64,000 bases of DNA from an uncultured delta proteobacterium. Lineage in GTDB: Bacteria > Desulfobacterota > Desulfobacteria > Desulfobacterales > JAFDCJ01. Position numbers and translations under genes: made by a program. The stretch is taken from assembly GCA_963769935.1 (NCBI GenBank), contig CAVYNY010000032.1, forward strand, positions 32,001-96,000, in the 5' to 3' direction. Within the stretch, counting starts at the first letter, position 1; every line of letters begins with the position of its first letter. Shown here in pieces: positions 1-10,130 of this stretch. Below the pieces are notes generated by a model, which saw only the letters and a program-made list of their open reading frames with translations, ran no database searches and was not told the origin of the DNA.

Positions 1-368
1 AGGCGGGATGCCGTGGAATAGTGCCGGATAAACATCAGATTTTCAGAGGCCGATATGATTTTTAAATCCTGCCGGCCGATAATGTCTTCGAAATTGGGAA
101 TACTTCCGCAGAGGTCGGGATCATAATGCTGGTACACCAGCGCCTGTATTTGTTGGGGAGCAATGCCGGTCTGCAGGATCTTCATCATAACGGTCGCAAA
201 ATCGGGACGGCTCCCGCCGTCGATGACCACGGCTTCATCACCGTCGACAATCAGATACGGGTTGCAATGCAGCCCCGACGGAGCGTCGTAAAATCCCACC
301 CAATAAATTCCCTCGGCAATTTCAACTGAACTTTCATAATCCTGCGCAGCGGATTCCGGTTTGACCAT
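1..368 (-). CDS. MBL-fold di-iron protein (ODP/FprA-like), runs off the window edge
   Basis: Not in the ORF track. Manual translation from ATG 368: MVKPESAAQDYESSVEIAEGIYWVGFYD...LHCNPYLIVDGDEAVVIDGGS...YQHYDPDLCGS. HxDPD-type motif; AAAAGGGA upstream. Confidence 0.8.
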   Translation of the reverse strand, partial: MVKPESAAQDYESSVEIAEGIYWVGFYDAPSGLHCNPYLIVDGDEAVVIDGGSRPDFATVMMKILQTGIAPQQIQALVYQHYDPDLCGSIPNFEDIIGRQDLKIISASENLMFIRHYSTASR

Positions 369-557
369 TCGTACGATCCCTTTTTATTGTCGAGATAAAA
401 ACGTGTATGAGAATTAATCCTAATACATACGGGGATTGGTGACAAGCTGTTTGTTGCGGCAGGGTAATCGATCCTTCCGATTTGCTGCATAAAATCTTTG
501 ACGACGTCCTCCAGAGTGCCGTAGATGAATGCCATGGGGTAGTGGAATAAATGAAAC

Positions 558-998
558 CTACAGTTTCAAAAAGCCGTCCAGGGTCAGGCTGGTTGCCAGC
601 ATCACGCTGTTAATATCCTGATGCGCGGTCCAGCTTTCAGCTTGTCCTGTATTGGGGATCAAGCCAGAATTTTTCGATTGCTTCGCCCAAACGGGCATAC
701 CGTCGGAGGGCGCTGACCTGCGAATAGATGGCGTGAATATTAGCGAGCATCTTCGGATTTTCTTCAATCAAGCCCTCGATCCCATTCCAGACGGTCGTCG
801 TATGTCTCATCGGACTTGCGTTCATTCATCTGCTTGCCGATTCGAAGTCCGCCGGTAAAGTTCAAGAAAGTTGCAAACGGCAAAAGCATCCGTCCAGAGA
901 TATCGCCGCGGCGGCTTGGCAGCGGTTGCCAGGCCGGTTGCATCGGAGAATTCGGCCATGATCCCCTTAACAGTAGAAATGTCTGCCGGTTGGTTCAT
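558..998 (-). pseudogene. Internally deleted and frameshifted remnant of a conserved hypothetical protein (RYLWTDAFAV family)
   Basis: ATG 998 gives MNQPAD...PPRRYLWTDAFAVCNFLELYRRTS (stop at 822-824). Other frames give ...FWLDPQYRTS / SWTAHQDINSVMLATSLTLDGFLKL*. I recall these as the N- and C-terminal motifs of one longer family. Confidence 0.6.
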
Positions 999-1088
999 AT
1001 CAAATTAGATCCAGCATCGACCTCTTAGAAGCGACGGTCTTGCGTCTGCCTCTGTTAGATTGTTATGCGGATTTAGGCAACGTTAAAG

Positions 1089-2267
1089 CTAACACAGCTC
1101 ACCTTGGGCCTGGTCCTGCGTGTATTTCAAATCCGAAAGCAGCGACAACTCGGCTTTGGCAAGCTCCCGGCCCAAGTAGGCAGCATGGTCCAGCTGCGAA
1201 ATGAGCTTCTTCTCTATCAGGGTGGCACAAATACTCGCCGAATCCTTGCCCTCGATCATGTTCATGAGCCTTCCGTCGTTGCTGTAATGTTCAATCAGCA
1301 GCGGATGCTCTTTGCCTTTCATTACCATGATCACGAAATAGCCTGCCGGATCGAGTTTCAGTCGCTTCGCGGGTTTGGCCCTTTGAATCTCGAGCAAATC
1401 TACCTTCAGGCCGGCTTCGTATGGTTGAACCGCCTGTTTATCCAACAGCTCCAAGCGGCCGGCGAGTGTGGACCGGTCACTTTCGCCGATCAAGTCGACC
1501 GGCTGTATTTGCTTTCTGAAATGGCTGACTTCGCCTTCGGTAAGGTTTTTCAACACCGGCCTGGCGCCGCGGGCACCGATAATTCGCTTGGTTTTGTCAA
1601 AGCCGCTGCCGGATAGATTTAGAAGCGCATCACCCGGTAAATGTCCTTCGATGTCGCTGCCCCAGAGCACTAAATGGCGGAGGTGGGGGTTGGCGATGAC
1701 ATTCTTGACGAGATGCTCTACTCCGAGGTTCTCGGTGCTGATGGTCCCCAAGATTGCAATTTTAGAAGAAAGAATGCTTAATTCCGGTTCATCGAAGTGA
1801 ACCCCTTGCAGGAGAGCCACGGCAATCGATTTTGCAGCGTTAAATACGCGGTAGTCACCCGGCTGCGCGGGCCAGTTTTGGATGCTAAATTCATCCGGTC
1901 GGATGAGTTCCATCCTGCAAGGATCGATAGAATCTGCCTCAACTTCGTCAAGGCTGTCCATAACTTCATTGAATGTGTTGTATGCCGGAACCGGCAGACA
2001 CGGTTTGCACCCCATTCATCCGTGCATTTTCAGGAAATCAGCATCTTTGATCCAGCGCTCGAAATCATTTTCGATCTCCGCTAAACAGTGATCGGATTCG
2101 ATTTTTCGAAATCCCCTTATTTTTTCGTAAATGCTGTTTAGGACGTCTCCATAAAAGCATGAACATGTGCGGCACTTTTCGTGCTGCAGGATTTCCTTGA
2201 AGTCCGTGTGAATCCGCTTAAAAGCCGTGATTTTTTGCGCATGATGCGAGGATGCGGTATTTTTCAT
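1089..2267 (-). CDS. Candidate selenoprotein: Cys/Sec-rich N-domain + MtrA-like corrinoid-binding domain + DUF4346 (392 aa, U84)
   Basis: ORFs 2016..2285 and 1089..2015 are in frame and separated only by TGA (HG*MGCKPCLP). GGAGG RBS precedes ATG 2267. MtrA motifs: WPAQPGDY, TENLGVE..VKNVIANP.LR.L, GH, IIGA.GA.P.L.NL. DUF4346 motifs: DPAGYF, HAAYLGRELAKAE, YTQD. Confidence 0.8.
1980..1999 (-). promoter_or_regulatory. SECIS-like hairpin downstream of the in-frame UGA
   Basis: mRNA GUCUGCCG-GUUC-CGGCAUAC; the loop starts with GU 25 nt after the UGA. Confidence 0.65.
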
Positions 2268-2350
2268 CTTTTGCCTCCAGGGCATTAGGTCCGTCGCAGG
2301 ACCGGTGGTTTTTCCTAATTCGTGCCTGAACGAAAAGTCTTCATTTGCGG

Positions 2351-2416
2351 CAGGTTGGGTTGAGCCCGAAAATCAGGCTCCTACGTCGATATGGATGCCC
2401 GAGGGCGAAACCCAAC
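2351..2416. repeat. REP-like palindrome (GTAGGTTGGGTTGAG...CGAAACCCAAC family)
   Basis: AGGTTGGGTTGAG...CGAAACCCAAC; same family as 30278-30383. Confidence 0.6.
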
Positions 2417-2471
2417 ACAGCCGTTGGACGGGTTTTGTTCAACCACTAGTTAAGCTGTCACTGATTGCTTA

Positions 2472-2627
2472 GGGTTCACGAAAAAATTAATTCACAATTT
2501 TAGGCGTTGAGGCGCCCGGACGGCAAGGCGCGAAAACGCAGGAATATCTGGATATTCGGAGCCTTCGCAACGCAGCCGGGCGGGATGCATCGGCGTATAA
2601 AATGTGAAGTTATTTTTGAGTGAGCCC
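2472..2627. mobile_element. 156-bp MITE, copy 1 (TTA target-site duplication)
   Basis: Imperfect terminal inverted repeats GGGTTCACGAAAAAATTA / TTATTTTTGAGTGAGCCC; TTA on both flanks (2469-2471, 2628-2630); near-identical reverse-complement copy at 55141-55296. Confidence 0.85.
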
Positions 2628-3482
2628 TTAGATTAGCCGAATTGCGATGATATAAATTAAACATTTTTGCGCGACATGTCGAATGATCAGTGTAACGGCA
2701 TCAAGTATTGCATTGGGCTTAATAGACAGTTGCGGCGCAAATCATTAATTTCCAAATAAGTTGATTTGCTCAGCAAATTCATCTTTCCAGATGTTTCACC
2801 TCGTGCCGTCCGGGCTTTAACCTTCTGCCTCAATGCAGCCCAGGCTGCCGGGAAGAAGATTAGAGATTGTTATAATTTTACGGGATGTCAAAAATTATAC
2901 GTAAGATTTTATACATGACGGCATAATTATTGTGTATACATACAGCGTTTTTTTATTTGGCACGGTACGGTAATTTTAAAACAACTACAAAAAGTCGAAT
3001 ACTGCACTAATTATAACGTGTGTATAGCTGGTGAAACTAACATTCTTATCATGCTCCGGTCATCCTAGGGTTAAAGTCTAAAATTAATATCTAGGCTTGA
3101 GAACGCCGATTTTCCTTTAAACGAAGAAGCGGTACGAAAAAAGAAGTAAAAAGAGTAAATTCCAGCGTGAAAGAAAAACCAAATATGCCGCAATCGAATA
3201 CATGTTTCCGGAAAATTAAACCTGAACTTCTGTATTCCCGGAATACTGTCGCGATGCGGTGCAGGGCCGAAAGTGCACGAGCAAAAGAAATGCAGGTATT
3301 ATAGAAAGTCGAGCATCGGTATTAATATATGATTATATTGTGGCATTAAATGGACATTGCGACTGTGTAGATGCACAGAGAGAGGTAAGGCGGCAGCAAG
3401 ACCTGTAGGTGATTAACTGAAAACGGCAGGCCGTGTTTTAATTTACTATCACTGTCAAATCAGCCCGAACCGGCCGCCCACT

Positions 3483-6400
3483 TCAAATTTCAGGCGCCTT
3501 TTCAAGTTGGCCTAGCGAAATTCGGCGGGTTTTTGCTGATCCGGTCAACTTCTCCTGCAACCTGCCAGATAGATATAAATAACCGGCGTAATGTAAAGGG
3601 TCAGAAACTGGGAAAAAATCAGACCGCTCACGACGGCAAGACCAGGGGGCGACGGGCTTCAGTGCCTGCGCCATAGCTGAAGGCGATGGGCAGGGTTGCC
3701 AGGAGCGCCGCTATGGTGGTCATCATGATCGGGCGGAAACGCAGAATGCAGGCTTCGAAAATTGCCTCATCGGGCTTTCGGCCTGCGGTACGCTGGGCGC
3801 TCAGGGCGAAGTCAACTATCATGATCGCGTTCTTTTTAACGATTCCGATAAGCATGATGATACCACAAAGGCATAGATGCTCAAAGAGAGTTTGAAGATG
3901 AGAAGAGTCAGCAGGGCGAGAAAGAGGAAGGAAGGAAGAGAGAATAGTAGGGGATGGAGGAAACTTTCGTAGAGGACGCTCAGTACGATATAGATGACCA
4001 TATGGCCATAAACAGAAACTAGCACATAACTTCATAGATTATGGAACTACTGGGCTGTGCTTGGAAGCTGGTAGTCAGGGAGGCAGGCAGACGAAGCTCT
4101 CTGACAAGTCTGCTGATTTTTGCAACGGCATCTCACAGAGAGACATAGGCCTTAGATAGAAGGACAAAGTGACAGATGGAAGCTGCGAGGTATGGTTTAC
4201 GGTAAAGGGTAAGACGCGCTGGATAAAAGTGGTCACAGATTACAGGGGGATCAGAAGGCCGGTGGATGAGCGGGTGTAGAGCATGCTAAGGGCTGACGGG
4301 TACCGTTGATAGCGGGGTTACACTTCCAGGATCACCTGGTATTAGTTATAGGATGCATATATGATAGAAAATGAAGAGAGATATAAGAGATGTAGAGGGT
4401 GTTAAATTGCTGGGAGTAAAGATAAGGAAGTAGATTTGTAGAGATAGATGTAAAGGAAGATTGAGAGCTGAAGATTGAAGGTAGATGGTAAAATATGTAA
4501 TATGTAAGGTAGAGCAGCTAGGTTAAATAATAGAGGAAAATGGTAAAGCTAAAAAATGGATGGAAATGGATGGTGTACTGGTAGGGGATATAGGTAAGAT
4601 GCGATAAAAAAGAATAATAGGGGGGTTATGCAGGTAGAATATATATAGGGAATATAGGAAGATAGAAAGAAATATATGGATAAGTAAGAAGGAGATAAGA
4701 AGGAGATATGTGAGAGGAGAGAGAAAAAAGATGAAAAATAAAAGAGTAGAAGATAGATGAAGAAAAGATAGCTAAGAAAAAAGAAATAAAAGATAAAAAA
4801 AGGGTAAAAGGAAGATGAAAAGGGAGAAAGATTATGGAGTAGAAAAAAGGAGAAGAAGGAGAAATATAGGGAAGATAAGGTGAAAAAAAAGATATGGTAG
4901 GTGTAATGAATGGGAATAAATAATAAGAGGATAAAGAAAAAAAGATAAGAAGTGGAAGAAAAAAGGATAAAAGAAAAAAAAAGAAAGAAAAGGAAGTGAT
5001 ATAAAATATATAGAGAATATATAAAAAGGAAAGAAGAAAGGAGAAGAAAAAATAATAGGAAGAAGAAAAAAAAATAAAAGGTAGGATATAAAGGTGAGAA
5101 ATAAGAAATATGATGAAAAGAAAGGGAGAAAGAGTAAAAGAGAAAAATAAAGATAAAAGAATAGAAAGGAGATAGAGACTGCAAACTAGCGCAGCAGCCT
5201 CTAAGAAATAAGGCCGGAATAAATGTAGGGAGAGAGTATGGATATAATGGTAAAGAAGATTATATAGAAAAGTAAAGGGAGGAAGTAGAAAAAATATTTT
5301 ATAATTAGATATGAAGGAAGATGTTTAAAGAATAAAAATGGAGTAATAAAAGACAAAAAAAAAAAAAAAGGAAAGGGAATAGAGGAGAGATAGTAAAGGA
5401 TGTAATAGAGCAGATGCATCAAAGCGAAAGTTGCAATAATAGAAAGAGGAAGTGCAGACTGGGAATGATGGTGGCTGGCAGGTCCGCAAAAAGAGAAAGA
5501 ACAAAAATGAAGACACCCATACATGAGAGGGTGAACTAGAGATACTGAATAGAGTAAAGGATGGATAGGGAGAGGTAGTAGAGAATGTAGAGTTAAACAG
5601 AAGAGGGAATCTGAGAGAGAAAGGTAGGCAGAAGCATTTTGATAGAGTAGACAACAGAGACGGTGTTTGTGCAGGGCTGGCGTTGAATGGACAGGATGAA
5701 GGCGCGCTGGTACTTGTACGAACTAGCGACTTTGTGATTTTACACGCTGTCAAGGACTAGGAGAAGCTGGTAGAGATAGAATAGGTGAGAGTTGCGATAG
5801 GAGACGATGAGAGGGCGGTATATGGAAGAGTACAGAAGCTGGAAGGTTGCGGTGACTGTAAAGCCTGGTAGTTTACGCTCAGGGCGAAGGTGGGAAGATA
5901 GACGTTGGCGTAGGCAACGCATCTAAGACTTCTTAGATTAACAGGCAGTAGGAGGTCAGGGCATTAGGGTTCAACTGGACGCGCAAGGCGTATTTTTGGG
6001 AGCAGAAAACCTGGACTTGCGAGACGCTGTACACATGGAAATACGCTGCGCTATGAGGGTTTCAGCATATTCATCTACAGTAGACAGCGGCAGGATGAGT
6101 GAGCTGAGAGACACAAGTAGAATAGACTGCTAGGCAGGGTTGACTTTGCGGAATGAAGGGGGATTAGGCATTTAAGGCGGGAGAAGAGTTGGGCGAGGGA
6201 AATGGAGTTGTGACGTACAGCGCGCATCATCAATATAGCGATTCAGCGAGAACTGCAGCGTAATCTGGGAGGTACACAAGGCACTGGTGGAGGTCATAGA
6301 GTACAATAAGGCGATAGTGGTAAACTGTAGTTACAGCGGCGTAGAGACTGAAGAGGACATGGTCTAGGGACTGGCTAAAGGCAGGCTGGCGGAGACTGGA

Positions 6401-6533
6401 TAGTGGGAAAATACACATTAGGCAGGGCACTGACCGGGAGAAGCAGATAAGCTATGATGCAGAAAAGGAGAATAAACGCTATAAACAGCGTAGTCATTAC
6501 GGGGCGGCGGATAAAATGTTCGGAGATACTCAC
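3483..6533 (-). pseudogene. RND efflux permease (MdtB/MdtC-like), heavily corrupted, probably by sequencing or assembly error
   Basis: N-terminus [15 protein letters not shown]...[16 protein letters not shown]-terminus [21 protein letters not shown]...[24 protein letters not shown]. The ~3.05 kb span fits a full-length RND gene; the middle is degraded. Confidence 0.75.
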
Positions 6534-6539
6534 TGAACT

Positions 6540-7701
6540 TATACTCCGTTGATTTGCTGGGAGCCTCTGCGATTTTAGACATGGGAGCAGGGAAAAAGAC
6601 ACAGCTGGCTGTCTATCACGACGTTCTCTACGTTTTGCAGTCCCTTATCTATAATCGCTTCCTAGTTAACGGTTCTTTACACAAAGATGGGCAGATACTA
6701 CGCGGTAAGGTCAGGTTTGACCACAAAAACATATTGCTACTACTGTACCGTTTGAACGCTAGGGAAGGAACCACTATCGCTCCGGGCTTCTAGTGAGGGT
6801 CACCACAACGTTTACAAACTGGCTCGGCCAAAGCGACTTGTCTTTGTTGGGGAAGGAGGCCTTGAGCTGTATGGTTACGGTGGAGGGATCGACAGTGTTG
6901 TCCATGAAGGTCACTTCGCCGTTGGTAACCTGATCCTCACGGCTCGCAACGGTTGCCCCGACTCGAGCTTGCCTGAAGCCATGTATTTCCTCACGTCGGG
7001 CAGATATTTTTCCGGGATGAAAAAATTGACGTAAATGGGACTTATCTGGTTAATAATTACGAGAGGGTTTGCAGCATCATTGGATTTGACGAGGTTTACA
7101 CGGTCAACCTTCAAGGCTCCGAGGCAGCCGTCGATGGGAGAATTGATGAAGCAGTGGCTCAATTGAAGCTTTCCATTTTCAATGGCCGCCTCGTCCGCCT
7201 GGACAGTAGCCTTGAGCGCCGCGGCATTGGCTATGACCTGATCGTGCTGCTCATGGAAACATACCCTTTTCCAACGACGGATGTAACGCGTTTGAGCTCT
7301 TAGAGGGCGTTTTCGAGCTGGGCATTGTCTTCGCCAGAGCGGCTTGCATCTGTTTAAGCTGGGCTTGGACAAACCTTGGATCGATCGTGAAAAGCGGGGC
7401 GCCTGCCGCCACGCATTGGCCATCCTTAAAGTGAACCGCTACCAACTCTCCATCGACCTGGGCCTTTACCGATACGGTAGCGTAGGCCTGGACAGTCCCT
7501 ACGGCCTGAATCTGGATGGGCACGGTTTTCTCAGTCACGGCCTGGACGCTGACGGGCAAGGTCGTCTCTGCGGTGGGCAGCGCTTCGGGCTCAGAAGCAG
7601 CGTCTTTGAACAACGGCAACAACATTCATGACTACTAAGAGTGAAATCATGCAGCGCAAAGACGAGTCTGGAAAGATGAATAAATTAGATGGCGTTTTCA
7701 T
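6540..7701 (-). pseudogene. RND periplasmic adaptor (MdtA-like), frameshifted
   Basis: AVGTVQAYATVSVKAQVDGELVAVHFKDGQCV..G.PLFTIDPR; LQLSHCFINSPIDG...LVIINQISPIYVNFFIPE. The 3' end is approximate. Confidence 0.75.
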
Positions 7702-7829
7702 GGATATTTGTATCCTTATAACTTGATCCTTTTTAGAGCGACAGGTGCTCGATCCTCTGCAGGAGATCTGAGAGCGGAAATAGTGTTGGTGCCGGCGCTT
7801 TAATCGCATGGACACTCAGTGCACGCGGC

Positions 7830-9213
7830 TCGAGTCTACTCAGCTCCGGGGACGGAAATGCCATCCTCCCCGAGGGCTTTGAAAAGGCTTATCAAAGCTG
7901 TTGAAACTCCCTGCTCGTTCTGGACGAGTTGGTCTTACCTGAAATAAGGACGCCGACTCTGCAGGACGTTAGAAAGTCTACCAGGCCTTTAACATACAAT
8001 TCACTGGAGATATCAACGGCTTGACGGTTGGCCGTAACGCTCCACGAGGGAACGGCGCGTCTCCTGATTCTTAGAGTAAATGACAATGGCATTTCAACGT
8101 CCTCCAAGGCCCGAGGACCGTATTCTCATAAAAAAGGAGCGCCTGTCCTGACGGGCGCTTTGCACCTCGATCGTCGCTCTGATTTTGCGGCGTCAAAAAG
8201 AGGCCATTGCACGCTGGGTCCGGAGTCAAAAGCGGCTGTCCGGGGTCACGAAATCCGAGGCCTTCGTGCTTAGCAGGCCATACGTGCCGGTCACGAAAAG
8301 CTTGGGAACAGGGCAGCTGTTGCAACCCTATGCGGGCAGTCGCCGCCGCAAGTTCGCGCTCGGCACGGCGGATGTCAGGGCGTCGGCGCAGAATCCGATG
8401 GTAAGCCGATCGGCACTTGCGGCGGCACCGGCGGAATGGATCCCTCTTCAAGAGTTCTCCAAGCAATGCTTCCGGCTCCAAGCCAGGAGTACGGCCAAAC
8501 GATGGATCGCTTGCGGATAGAGATTCCAGGGGAGGGACCTTGGCCTCCGTTGTCGCAAGCAGGGTTTGCGACTGAGCAACGCCAGAATATTGCCAGGCCG
8601 GCCTCATATCGCCCCCGCGTAGATACAGGGTCTGCTGTTCTGATTTGATATTTTCCCGGGCGATGGCGATCCGGCGCTGATTGCCGCGTACCGCGAGGTA
8701 GTTTGCGGCAACCTCTCCCAGTAACGTCACCAGGACATCACGGCGATTCTCCTCTGAAGCGGCAAAGTGAGCTTCGGCCGCCTCACAGACCGCCGCACAC
8801 CGCCGAACAGGTCAATTTCCCAGCCGGCATCGAAGCCGGCCTGAAACAGGTTGTAATCGTTGCCCGCCTGGTTGGTTGAGGTGTTCTTACTCTGACTGAT
8901 GCGGGTGTATGATCCTGAAGTATCAATGGTCGGGTAGGCCTGTGAACCGCTATCTCAGATGTGCCGTGCCTCACGGATGCGAGCCTGGGCCAGTTCAGGT
9001 CCTTATTGAACGAACGGCGCGATCGATGAGGGAGTCGAGTTCTTTATCCCCGAAAAGGGTCCACCAGCGCAGCACTTCCAGTGGGCCGGCCGAGAGTCCT
9101 GCGCGCTCTGTCTCTTCCCAGTTGGCCGGGACCACGGGCTCGGGTTTCCGATAATCTGGACCGACCGTGCAGCCGAGGATAGAAACTAACAACAAAAATC
9201 CAAAAGCTCGCAT
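7830..9213 (-). pseudogene. RND outer membrane factor lipoprotein (NodT/OprM-like), frameshifted
   Basis: Lipobox ILGCTVGPDY, WWTLFGDKELDSLIDRA, LLGEVAANY, LRRRPDIRRAERELAAATARIG. The 3' end is approximate. Confidence 0.75.
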
Positions 9214-9768
9214 TGAAAACCTGTCCCTTCACCGCCACGGAAGCATTTAGAAAGACTCCTAATTGTTGAGGCGTTTATTTTTCTTTAAGGGTAAAGGTCG
9301 TTTTGATGGAATGTCTGGCGCGGTTGGTTGACGGCAGTTTTCAGGGGGTTTGTATCGCGAATGCCACGAGAGCCTCCTGATGAGCAAATAATCCGATCAC
9401 GGAATTCAAAAATTTCCGATATGGCAAGATAGCGCATCAGGCCAGCCGTTTATAAAGTTTCTTATTTAAAAAAAAACGTCAATATCGACCTAAAATACAT
9501 CATCATCCCAAAATTCTCAAGGATAATTACCAGATAACCCCTAAACGCCGCAGTCGGCGCAATTTTTGCTGTATTATAAGGCGCTTATTGATGAAGTCGG
9601 AGTGAATGGCTATAATGGAAGTGCCGACATGCATAATCGCTTAAAATATGGACAGAATACACAAGATTTCAGATATAATCTTTGGAAAAAGCATTGATCC
9701 GGTCTGATAGTATACTTATTTTTAAAAACCATGCTAACTCTACAGGGACAATTCATAAGGAGCCGAAC

Positions 9769-9903
9769 ATGACCTTTCACGTATCGTTGCAGCCGTTATT
9801 GGCAATCATAGCAGGGGTCCTGATCCTGGTTAGGCCCCGCCTGTTAAGTCACATCGTTGCCATATTTTTGATTTTATTCGGCATCCTGGGTTTGGTTCGC
9901 TAA
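9769..9903 (+). CDS. Small membrane protein (DUF3096-like)
   Basis: MTFHVSLQPLLAIIAGVLILVRPRLLSHIVAIFLILFGILGLVR; AAGGAG RBS. Confidence 0.8.
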   Translation: MTFHVSLQPLLAIIAGVLILVRPRLLSHIVAIFLILFGILGLVR

Positions 9904-10130
9904 ATTAAAATTCAATTTGGAGACGGAGATAAAAAATGAACTGAAGAAGGCGATCGACATGATGCGATCACAATATTTCAGGGATGAGGCCAGGCAAGAG
10001 AAAGTATGGCCGCCGATTGTATCACCAGACAAAAGATATCTTCCGATTGCGCCTGCTGTTGGAATTGCAGCCGATAAAGAAAAGGTGATAATCAACGATC
10101 GGATAAACGTTTTTCAAAATTCTGTCGAGA

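Noticed and set aside
822..824. TGA ending the RYLWTD fragment as a third selenocysteine codon
   Set aside because: No Cys-type motif, another stop follows within five codons, and the homology continues in other frames.
2640..2900. Possible cobalamin riboswitch upstream of the MtrA-like gene
   Set aside because: No B12-box or other core motifs were found on the minus strand.
4549..5753. Phe/Tyr/Ser/Leu-rich ORFs that look like membrane proteins
   Set aside because: They are products of the C-depleted corrupted RND sequence, not independent genes.
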